64,000 bases of DNA from an uncultured Clostridia bacterium (lineage in GTDB: Bacteria > Bacillota > Clostridia > Christensenellales > Borkfalkiaceae), in contig CANQOX010000001.1 in NCBI GenBank assembly GCA_947625595.1, positions 2,442-66,441 on the forward strand, read 5' to 3'. Shown one piece after another: positions 27,516 to 35,781 of the stretch. The position numbers and the translations under genes are program-made. Positions within the stretch are counted from its first letter, which is position 1, and each line of letters starts with the position of its first letter. Under the pieces are notes generated by a model. The model saw only the letters and a list, made by a program, of their open reading frames with translations. It was not told the DNA's origin and made no database searches.

Positions 27516-28679
27516 TCAAAGGCTCTCGCGGAGGATCTTCACGATCTCATCGCGGGTGAGGATATGGTAGCCGCCCTCCTGCACACGCGTCGCGTCGGCG
27601 ATGCCCTCGATCATGTCGGGCGTCGCACCGAGGTCGGAAATGTTAAGGGTCAAGCCCAATTCCTTCATCCAGTCCTCCATGGCGGAGAGGCCTTTCAGGG
27701 CGATCTCTTCGTCCGTCCCCTTCGGCTCCACGCCCCAGACGTTGAGAGCAAAGCGCTTGAATTTTTGCAAACCGTATGGCAAAATGTGGCGATAGTAGGG
27801 AAGCGAAACGGCGGCGAGCGTCATGCCGTGCGTGGCGTCGGTGTACGCTCCGACGGCTTGGCCGAGCATGTGGACTTCCCAGTCTGTCGTCTTTCCTTTA
27901 TTAAGTAAGGTATTCAATGCCCACGTCGCCGCCCACATGATATTGCTCCGCGCCTCATAGTTGCGCGGGTCTTTTTTTGCCTCGCGGGAGGCCGAAATGA
28001 CCGCCTTCATCAACCCCTCGGCGAGGTAGTCGGTCACGTTGTCGTCGTCGCCCGAAAAGTACTGCTCGCAGATATGGTTGAAGATGTCATAGATGCCCGC
28101 GACCATCTGCCGCTCGGGCAGGGTGTAGGTGAGTTCGGGGTCGAGAATGGAGAACTTCGGCATGACATCGCTTCCGAAGACGTGGCCGATCTTGAGCTTT
28201 TCCTCGCGGTTTGTGATGACGGAACCGCCGTTCATCTCGCTTCCCGTGCCCGACATCGTCAGAACGCACCCGACGGGAATGATCTTGCAGGTCGGCTCTT
28301 CAAAGCGGACGTAGTACTTTTCCCACGGGTCGTCATCGCAATAGGCAGAGACCGAAACGGCCTTCGCGTAGTCGCAGACCGAACCGCCGCCGACGGCGAG
28401 CAGGAGATCCACGGCGTTGTCTTTGGCGAGCTTCGCGCCGACTTTAAGGCGTTCGTAAGTGGGATTGGGCATGACGCCGCCGTCCTCGACCACCTCCTTC
28501 CCGCAGGCAAGAAGGATCTCAAGGATCTCGCTGTAGAGGCCGCTCTTCTTGATGGACCCGCCGCCGTAGATGAGCTGAACGGTCTTGCCGTACTTCATGA
28601 GTTCCTCGCCCAACGCTTCGAGGGCGTTCGTGCCAAAATAGAGTTTTGTGGGATTGTGATAGGTGAAATTTCCTAACAT
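27516..28679 (-). CDS. Iron-containing alcohol dehydrogenase (butanol dehydrogenase/YqhD-like)
   Basis: 387 aa. F.YHNPTKLYFG N-terminus, the GGGSVCDYAK motif and His-rich metal-site blocks. Confidence 0.9.
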   Translation of the reverse strand: MLGNFTYHNPTKLYFGTNALEALGEELMKYGKTVQLIYGGGSIKKSGLYSEILEILLACGKEVVEDGGVMPNPTYERLKVGAKLAKDNAVDLLLAVGGGSVCDYAKAVSVSAYCDDDPWEKYYVRFEEPTCKIIPVGCVLTMSGTGSEMNGGSVITNREEKLKIGHVFGSDVMPKFSILDPELTYTLPERQMVAGIYDIFNHICEQYFSGDDDNVTDYLAEGLMKAVISASREAKKDPRNYEARSNIMWAATWALNTLLNKGKTTDWEVHMLGQAVGAYTDATHGMTLAAVSLPYYRHILPYGLQKFKRFALNVWGVEPKGTDEEIALKGLSAMEDWMKELGLTLNISDLGATPDMIEGIADATRVQEGGYHILTRDEIVKILRESL

Positions 28680-28710
28680 GGGTTACTCCTTTTTTTGATT
28701 TTTCGGGGAT

Positions 28711-28739
28711 AGTGTAACACATTTGGTAAAAAATGTCAA
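28711..28739 (-). promoter_or_regulatory. Putative promoter of the alcohol dehydrogenase gene
   Basis: Minus strand reads TTGACA-N17-TGtTACACT. SD aaaggag follows about 20 nt downstream. Confidence 0.5.
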
Positions 28740-28740
28740 G

Positions 28741-29190
28741 ATAGAATGACCCACCCCCTACCCCCTCCCATGGAGGGGGTAATGGGCGGCACCCCCATGG
28801 AGGGGGTAAAGGGAGGCCCCCCATGGAGGGGGTAACGCGTCATTCTGAGGGAGCGGAGCGACCGAAGAATCCCGTGGAGGAAAGTGCGGACTTCGTTCTT
28901 CGGGATTCATCGCTACGCTCTGAATGACGCGGGGACGGGAGGAGGCAAGGCTCCCTCTCGTCGCCACTTTTAGGGGAGATGTCACGAACGAAGTGAGTGA
29001 CAGAGGGGTTTTGAAAACCCCTTTCCCCCTTCGGGGGACTTCCCCTACAGGGGCAGCGAGAGAATGCGGTGACCCACCCCCCTACCCCCCTCCCATGGAG
29101 GGGGTAAAGGAAAAGGGGCAGCGAAACACCCCTTCCGTCTCGCTGCGCTCGACACCCACCCCTCAAGGGGTGGGCAAGAGGGGCGAGGGA
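28741..29190. repeat. Hairpin-module repeat cluster R5
   Basis: Three copies of cc(c)atggagggggtaa lie within 28765-28835. C-tract modules lie at 28750-28769 and 29073-29094. Region 28840-28925 (gtcattctgaggg...ctctgaatgacgcgg) and region 28960-29065 both mirror R3 sequences. Confidence 0.88.
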
Positions 29191-29191
29191 C

Positions 29192-29223
29192 AAAAAAACA
29201 GACGCCGAAGCGTCTGTTTTTTT
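29192..29223 (-). terminator. Strong (bidirectional) intrinsic terminator closing the 32-kb surface locus
   Basis: A7-cagacgc-cgaa-gcgtctg-T7, lying 13 nt downstream of the 2146-aa gene stop on the minus strand. Confidence 0.8.
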
Positions 29224-29235
29224 GTGTTTCAGGAA

Positions 29236-32200
29236 TCAACCTGCGACAAAGTTGAAGTTGGAAACGGTTGCAAAGTCGTCTTTTGTAGCACTGGAATAAA
29301 TCATTGAAGCAATGTAAAGCGTATCTCCTGCTTGCACAGAAATTGCTTGCTCCGTTCCAGAGCCAGTTGAAGCAGAGAACTTCCTTTGATATGCATATGC
29401 AGAATTCGGATCCAGGTTAAGAGTAACGCACAAGCAATCATTTGTATCATACGAATTACTATATTGGCACGACCAATCAAAGGTGAATGTCCCTGACACT
29501 TTGAAAGTAATTTTAATATATGCTTTCGCAGTCTTGCTCGCATCAATGTGATAACTTCCGTCGTCCCGCAAAATCCACTTTTCACTCCCAGAGTTGTTTG
29601 TGATCTCTATCAAATAAGGCGTGGTAGACCAACCAGCGAAGATCTCCTTGTCGGCCTCAAGCGGAGCGGGAACATATGCCGTTTCGCAAGCCGCTTCCGT
29701 GAACCAACCTGTAAAGTATTGCTTCGGCTCGGAGGCAGTATCCTCGGGGGCTTCTTCGGTCAGGTCGGGAGTTGCGCCCTTCTTGTACCAAAGATCCTTA
29801 TTCTCTTCGGGGCCGTGGCCGTTGTAATTGAGGGTGAGTTTTGCCATGGTCTCGACCTTGCCATATACAGTGACCTCTGTGCCCTCGGGAATGAACAGGC
29901 CGTCCTCTCCGAGCGCGGAATCAGTGTATTCGGCCGAAGTGTACCAACCCTCGACATACTTGTGGGTGGCATCGTTCACGACGTCGGGAAGCGCTATGCC
30001 GATGTTCGTATTGACAGACATCTCCTCATGCGTGAGTTGTCCGTCCTCAATCACGAACTTCACGGTCGTCAAAGGCATGGTGGCGGTGTAGGTCTTGTCA
30101 TCGCCAGTCACAAGGGTGATCTCCCAGTACTCTGCGGGGTCATCACCGTCTTTCTCGAGGGTGACTGCAATGACATTGCCTTCCTTTGTCACATAGGTTC
30201 CCTGACGGCCTGCCCAAGAGACGCCGCCCTTGCCGTCGATGTCAAGATCTTCAGGCGTTTCGCCCTTGTTGCCCTTATAGAGCCCCTTGAAGTCATCGTA
30301 GACGGTCTTCCTCCAAACGATGTTAGAGATACGGGCAAGGTCATCACCGTTACCATTATCACCGCTATCCTTCGTATAGGTGAGAATAATGACATCTCCA
30401 GGCATAACTTCACAAGTAAGATTACCTTCTTTCCCAGGGTTATATCCACCCGTTGCCGCCAACAGTGTTGTTTCCGCCGAACCATCTGCGTGCTTCTGCA
30501 CAATCTTTAAGTAATCATAACGTTCACTTTCAGATTCAACGAACCAATGGAAAGAGTAAGTACCTTCAACAGCAAATAAGATTTCAAGTTTTGCCGTCGT
30601 GCTACCCTTATGATAATTGTTGGACTTCCAAACGCCTTCTTCCTGTACCCACTTGGTGTTCTCATTGGTCTCGTCAGGATAGTAGTTGACATCATCAAGC
30701 GTATCGCTCCACTTGGCATAGAGATCGGTCTCTTCGTTGATAACAAAATATGTATCAAACTTATCATCAGAACAATCTTCTGTCTTGTACCAACCAAGGA
30801 ACTGCTTCATTTCGACAATTGACGCAGGGTCACCTTTCCATGCAGAAGCACTCGTAACGGCTTCACCCTTGCCAACCACGAAATCGTAATCCTCCAGTGA
30901 GGGCACGTCCTCCCTGTTGTAATGAACATGCACAGTGACAGCTTCCTTAAAGTAGGCATAGAGCGTAACGCTCTCTGTCGTCGGCGTGAATATCCATTGC
31001 CTTTCATCATTCCTTTGGAGCATTTTGCTGAAATTTGATCCGCTCTTTTCCTCATACCACCCAATAAACGCATAACCATCCACGGTCGGCTCTTCGATCA
31101 CCGTCTCAATATTCAGGTTAGCTTGCATATCGGCGGGGAATTCGCCGCGGTCAATGTCACCGAAATCAAAGATGATCGTTGCCATGGGCTTGGTCGCGGT
31201 ATACGTCTTTTCGCCCTTATTGAGCGTGACATAATAGAACGCACCGTCGTAGGTCATTGTCGCCGTGTAGGCTTGATTAGAGACAAGAAGATACGTCCCC
31301 ATCTTGCCCTCCGAGCCCCTCACGATGCCCGCGCCGTTTAAGGTGAATGCGCCAAGATCGACTGTGGAGTCTGTAGCCTTTGTATATCCACCCTCATAGC
31401 CGTCAACCTCAACCATCTTCGTGCCGTTGAAGCCCCAACTTCCAAGAACTTTATCGTTCTGCTTCACGATCACGTTCTCTGAATGGTATGCTTCGTCTGC
31501 AGCAACGGCTTCGCCAGACATATCTTCGAATGTCACGCCAAAATACACTTTATCCTGGTAAACGAGAATATTGACCACTTCATCAGAGATAGTAAGTGTA
31601 ATGACACGGCCTTTTCCACCTTCCCAATACGAACCTTTTAGGCTGACTTGATCCATATCTGCTGGTACGAGTACTGCAAGCGTTCCAAATTTACCTGTCA
31701 AGCCCAAAACAATTATCTTTTTCGAAAGCATCATATATGCGTCATTCGAGCTGCTTGTACTATAGGCAAATTTTAGAGCACGTACATCATCGCCCGCATC
31801 GTCTTCGGAAGCAAACGTGACCTTCATTGCGAATGTATCAAGTGGCCAATCCAAGCCATTCACAATTGCCGCCTGTCCTTCTGAATCAATCTTATAGGAG
31901 CCGTTTTTTAATGTTCCGTTCATCTGCGCGCCATTTGAATTGCTACCATTGAAGTAGTACTCAACATATGTTCCGCTGTATGCGGGGGGATCGCCCCACT
32001 TCGGGTAGAGATCAATCGCCGTCGTGTCGGATCCAAGCGTGACGGTTGTGCTGCCATCTTCCAACTTCTCGCCCCAAAGATTTTCAAGTCCAGAATCAGT
32101 GTACCACCCCTCGAACTTCTTCCCTTCCTTGGAGGGACGGACGATCGTGACGTCTTCGCCTTGGCCAAAGGTATCGATCGTGCCGTTTGCGCCAAGTGAG

Positions 32201-35200
32201 CCTTCGGGAAGGGTCGCGCCGTCTTCGAGATGAACGGTGATCGTGACCTTCTTGATCCACTTTGCATAAACGGTCAAGCCGTTCTCAGAAGGGACAAAAG
32301 TCCAATATTTATCTTCACCTTCAGGTTGCTCGTAATCGCATTCCTTCTCACAGAAGGCATTCATAAACCAACCGCGGAAGAGATAAACGCCGTCTGGATC
32401 AACAAGATTAGGAAGTTTAACTTCAATATTTTTGTTGAATGACGTATCTGTAGACTTACCCGTCGGATCAACCACGAGACCGTAGTTGAAGTTAAGGCTC
32501 ACCATCACCTTCTCGAGATCGTACGTCGTGCCGCTGATCGTGACTTCGTAGTAGACAGTCACGTCATCCTCGACAATGTATGCGTCGATCTTATCGTCGG
32601 CATCCGTCGCCTTGTAGGTTCCCAGCTTGGACCCGAGCATAAGATTTCCTGCACCGTCGAGCTCGAGGTCATCGGCCTCTTCTTTGGTATATGTGCCAAA
32701 GTGCTCGTCGAGATCGACAGTACTGCTATCGTCCGCAATAGATGCCCCCTTAGAGGCAACTTTGAGCAAAATTTCTCCATTGGACGTCTTTACGACAACC
32801 GACTTGGAAGACTTAATCTCATTGATCTCCAGCGGAACACCGAACGCATTCGTGATCGTCACATCGGAATAGATGAAGGTGTCATAGATGAAAATATTCT
32901 TCTCTCCGTCTTTTGTAGCGATCTTGACAAATTGAGCGTACCAACTTCTTGAAGTGTCATGTTTTGAACTTGCATTTACGCCAAACTTAACACTTATCGT
33001 GTTGGTGGACGCAAACTTGCTCAAAACATACATGTCGCTCCACAAATACTGCAGTTTGGAATTGTTATAATTATATGCAAGTACGCCGCTGGCGTCGTCA
33101 TAGAAGAAGTAATTGGTATTTCCACTTGAATCCATCCAGGTGATGATCTGCGTTGCCTCATCATAATCAACGATCGTACCTGTCTTGGAACCTGAAATTT
33201 TACCGTCTTCACTGATCGTAATATTAGATGCACTTGAGCCATAGCCTGCATTATACACTTCGGAGCCCTTGTATTCCCCGACATAAGGAGCATCTACCCA
33301 TTCTGAATAGAAATCCATCTTATCATTCACATCGGAGAAAGTGCTGTCAGGGTAGTCGGCCAACATCGTCTTGGTTTCGCCGTCTTTAATATACCACCCT
33401 CTGAAGACCATGCCATCTTTGACGCTGAGGTCGAACTTTTTGTTCAAGGTCTCGAGCATGTTGTCGCCCGCGCCGACTATGAGAGTTTCAGTCGTCGCCT
33501 CTTCGGGCTCTGCATGCACGGTAATGGTGATCGCCTTGACCCACTTCGCATAGAGCGTCATGCTCTCCGTCGGCTTGAAGGGAACGGGAACGGGCGTCGT
33601 GCAAGCATCGTCCGTGAACCAACCGCGGAAGAGGAATTTGCCTTCCGCGTCTTTGGGCTCGGCAGGGAGTACCATTTCAACATTCTTATAGCCTTCTTTT
33701 TTGTCCTCTGCCGTCCCGTGCTCTTTCATATCAAAGGTGACAGTGACTTTGGCTTCGGCAAAGGTCACAGATTTTGCGGCCTTGTCGACCGTGACGGTGT
33801 AGGCCTTCTTCCCGCCAGATTCCTCCATGATCGCGTCCAAGGTGTCGCCCGCAACGATGTAAGCGCCGTCGACGTTGGTGTCGTCCTTGACCGCCTTGAT
33901 CTTGCCCGTACCAGAGATCGTGACCGTGCCGAACGTGTCATTATTGTATTCGCCCTCGAATCCGTCGAGCGCGACCATTTTCTCGCCGTCAAAGCCGACA
34001 CTGGACAACACTGTGTCGCCCTTCTTCACATAGAGTTGAGGCGCGTTGTAGCATTTGTCTGCAACAATATCTTCGCCCGCCATGTCTTTGAACGACACGC
34101 CGAAGGTGACGACGTTGTTTGCGACATAGAGCGTAATCGTCTTTTGGCCTTCGGCCTCATAGGTATAGGAGAGTGCATAAGCATAGCTCACCGCGCTCTC
34201 GCCCCAAACGGAGCCAACTGCGCCGCTCGTATATTGACCAGAGGGTATAAGAAGATTACAGTCAGTGAAATCACTGCCTTCATCTGCCATGAAGATGAAG
34301 CCCGTGTCCATATCGACATAGCCCTTCGCAGTCTTTTTTGCGCCTGTGAAGGCATCATCAGCATCCCCTGCCGCCTTGCCCGTGAAGGTAACCTCTATCT
34401 CACCCGTCTCGGCGTTTATCATTTTGAAAACGATCTTGGTATTGTTTGAGAAGGGATAAGCCGTGCCGAGGCCGACGCCATTGGCGTCAAGCGTGAGAGA
34501 AGCGTCTGTCCAGGACATTCCGATTTTGATTGTTCCGTTGAAGGTGTCATTGAGGTCCACATTGAAGCTGTGATAGGTCTTTCCGTCGTAGGGGGCGACC
34601 AATTTGTCAATGTCGACCGTGACCGTGCCATACTCCGAGGTGTAGACTTTGCTGCCTTTCTCGTTGTAGGTCGCAGGGGTCGTTTCAAGGCTCCAAGGGG
34701 CTTGGTCGGAAAGTTTGGGAACGGCCTTCTCTTCCTTCTCCGTGCAGCCGCTGATCGTGCACGAATGAACGGCGGTCGCGCCTTCCTCTTCGGTGGGCGC
34801 CTTGTCGTCTTTCCATGACCATTCACCCCAAGTGTGATTGCCGACCTTATCAGTGGTCACTTCGACGGTGCCGTACTCGGACTTGTAGACGTCCGTGCCC
34901 GTCGCCGTGTGCGTCGCGGGCGTGGAAGCCGTAGCATCCTTCGTCCAGACGGTGGCGTCGCTCAGAGCGGGAACGTCGGTCTTCGTCTCTTTCCCGTTGT
35001 CATTGGCCGTGCAGGACCGCTCCGCAGTGCCCTTCTCCGTGAGGGTCGGGTCCTTGGTGAGCGTCCATGCGCCCCAAGTGTGCTCGGTCGTCTTGTCGGT
35101 GGTCACTTCGACGGTGCCGTATTCGGACTTGTAGACATCCGTGCCCGTCGCCGTGTGCGTCGCGGGCGTGGAAGCCGTAGCATCCTTCGTCCAGACGGTG

Positions 35201-35676
35201 GCGTCGCTTAAAGCGGGAACGTCGGTCTTCGTCTCCTTCCCGTTGTCATTGGCCGTGCAGGACCGCTCCGCAGTGCCCTTCTCCGTGAGGGTCGGGTCCT
35301 TGGTGAGCGTCCATGCGCCCCAAGTGTGCTCGGTCGTCTTGTCGGTAGTCACTTCGACGGTGCCGTATTCGGACTTGTAGACGTCCGTGCCCGTCGCCGT
35401 GTGCGTCGCGGGCGTGGAAGCCGTAGCGTCCTTCGTCCAGACGGTCGCGTCGCTCAGAGCGGGAACGTCGTTTTTGACTTCCTTCTCGCCGTCATTCGCC
35501 GTACAGGACCGCTCTGCCGTACCCGTCTCCGTGAGCGTCGGATCCTTGGTGAGGGTCCATGCGCCGAAGGAGTGGTCGTGAGGGGTCTCCGTCTCGCCGC
35601 AGGCGACCGCCCCGCAGAGCGCGGCGACCAACATGCAGAGCAAAACGATGAGAGTTACTGTTCTCCTTTTTTTCAT
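29236..35676 (-). CDS. Giant surface lipoprotein (2146 aa) with N-terminal 82-aa repeats, multiple Listeria-Bacteroides (Flg_new) repeats and unknown beta-rich modules
   Basis: Lipobox CGAVAC. Repeated FRGWF/FRGWY...LYAKW units. Three super-repeats of an unnamed module, e.g. VVTFGVSFKDMAGEDIVAD versus VYFGVTFEDMSGEAVAAD. Two C-terminal approx 130-aa modules (..FHWFVESESERYDYL.. and ..FTFDWSCQYSNSYDTNDCL..). Confidence 0.9.
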   Translation of the reverse strand: MKKRRTVTLIVLLCMLVAALCGAVACGETETPHDHSFGAWTLTKDPTLTETGTAERSCTANDGEKEVKNDVPALSDATVWTKDATASTPATHTATGTDVYKSEYGTVEVTTDKTTEHTWGAWTLTKDPTLTEKGTAERSCTANDNGKETKTDVPALSDATVWTKDATASTPATHTATGTDVYKSEYGTVEVTTDKTTEHTWGAWTLTKDPTLTEKGTAERSCTANDNGKETKTDVPALSDATVWTKDATASTPATHTATGTDVYKSEYGTVEVTTDKVGNHTWGEWSWKDDKAPTEEEGATAVHSCTISGCTEKEEKAVPKLSDQAPWSLETTPATYNEKGSKVYTSEYGTVTVDIDKLVAPYDGKTYHSFNVDLNDTFNGTIKIGMSWTDASLTLDANGVGLGTAYPFSNNTKIVFKMINAETGEIEVTFTGKAAGDADDAFTGAKKTAKGYVDMDTGFIFMADEGSDFTDCNLLIPSGQYTSGAVGSVWGESAVSYAYALSYTYEAEGQKTITLYVANNVVTFGVSFKDMAGEDIVADKCYNAPQLYVKKGDTVLSSVGFDGEKMVALDGFEGEYNNDTFGTVTISGTGKIKAVKDDTNVDGAYIVAGDTLDAIMEESGGKKAYTVTVDKAAKSVTFAEAKVTVTFDMKEHGTAEDKKEGYKNVEMVLPAEPKDAEGKFLFRGWFTDDACTTPVPVPFKPTESMTLYAKWVKAITITVHAEPEEATTETLIVGAGDNMLETLNKKFDLSVKDGMVFRGWYIKDGETKTMLADYPDSTFSDVNDKMDFYSEWVDAPYVGEYKGSEVYNAGYGSSASNITISEDGKISGSKTGTIVDYDEATQIITWMDSSGNTNYFFYDDASGVLAYNYNNSKLQYLWSDMYVLSKFASTNTISVKFGVNASSKHDTSRSWYAQFVKIATKDGEKNIFIYDTFIYSDVTITNAFGVPLEINEIKSSKSVVVKTSNGEILLKVASKGASIADDSSTVDLDEHFGTYTKEEADDLELDGAGNLMLGSKLGTYKATDADDKIDAYIVEDDVTVYYEVTISGTTYDLEKVMVSLNFNYGLVVDPTGKSTDTSFNKNIEVKLPNLVDPDGVYLFRGWFMNAFCEKECDYEQPEGEDKYWTFVPSENGLTVYAKWIKKVTITVHLEDGATLPEGSLGANGTIDTFGQGEDVTIVRPSKEGKKFEGWYTDSGLENLWGEKLEDGSTTVTLGSDTTAIDLYPKWGDPPAYSGTYVEYYFNGSNSNGAQMNGTLKNGSYKIDSEGQAAIVNGLDWPLDTFAMKVTFASEDDAGDDVRALKFAYSTSSSNDAYMMLSKKIIVLGLTGKFGTLAVLVPADMDQVSLKGSYWEGGKGRVITLTISDEVVNILVYQDKVYFGVTFEDMSGEAVAADEAYHSENVIVKQNDKVLGSWGFNGTKMVEVDGYEGGYTKATDSTVDLGAFTLNGAGIVRGSEGKMGTYLLVSNQAYTATMTYDGAFYYVTLNKGEKTYTATKPMATIIFDFGDIDRGEFPADMQANLNIETVIEEPTVDGYAFIGWYEEKSGSNFSKMLQRNDERQWIFTPTTESVTLYAYFKEAVTVHVHYNREDVPSLEDYDFVVGKGEAVTSASAWKGDPASIVEMKQFLGWYKTEDCSDDKFDTYFVINEETDLYAKWSDTLDDVNYYPDETNENTKWVQEEGVWKSNNYHKGSTTAKLEILFAVEGTYSFHWFVESESERYDYLKIVQKHADGSAETTLLAATGGYNPGKEGNLTCEVMPGDVIILTYTKDSGDNGNGDDLARISNIVWRKTVYDDFKGLYKGNKGETPEDLDIDGKGGVSWAGRQGTYVTKEGNVIAVTLEKDGDDPAEYWEITLVTGDDKTYTATMPLTTVKFVIEDGQLTHEEMSVNTNIGIALPDVVNDATHKYVEGWYTSAEYTDSALGEDGLFIPEGTEVTVYGKVETMAKLTLNYNGHGPEENKDLWYKKGATPDLTEEAPEDTASEPKQYFTGWFTEAACETAYVPAPLEADKEIFAGWSTTPYLIEITNNSGSEKWILRDDGSYHIDASKTAKAYIKITFKVSGTFTFDWSCQYSNSYDTNDCLCVTLNLDPNSAYAYQRKFSASTGSGTEQAISVQAGDTLYIASMIYSSATKDDFATVSNFNFVAG
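34603..35574 (-). repeat. 246-bp in-frame tandem repeats (3 near-identical + 1 degenerate) at the 5' end of the 2146-aa gene
   Basis: The unit is H(S/T)(F/W)GAWTLTKDPTLTE.GTAERSCTAND...YKSEYGTVEVTTDKTTE, 82 aa. Copies cover residues 35-116, 117-198 and 199-280, with a divergent copy at about 281-358. Shadow ORFs 34895.., 35141.. and 35387.. are near-identical, spaced 246 nt apart. Confidence 0.95.
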
Positions 35677-35781
35677 TTTCTCTTACTCCTATAAAAAGAT
35701 TTTACTGATTTATCGTGACGAATAGGGCATGTCACACTTTTCCGCGCTTAGAACGCGCTATCCGTTGCGATCGTCTGCGGC

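Noticed and set aside
29236-33450. Low-GC segment as an integrated mobile element or prophage
   Set aside because: It lies entirely inside one continuous reading frame. It has no integrase, transposase, att-like direct repeats or tRNA nearby. I interpret it instead as an intragenic mosaic.
35677-35781. Internal promoter for the 2146-aa gene (GTGACA-N16-ATAAAT on the minus strand, 35708-35735)
   Set aside because: Both hexamers match poorly, and alternatives exist nearby. The support is not strong enough to list it as a feature, although the 105-nt gap could hold one.
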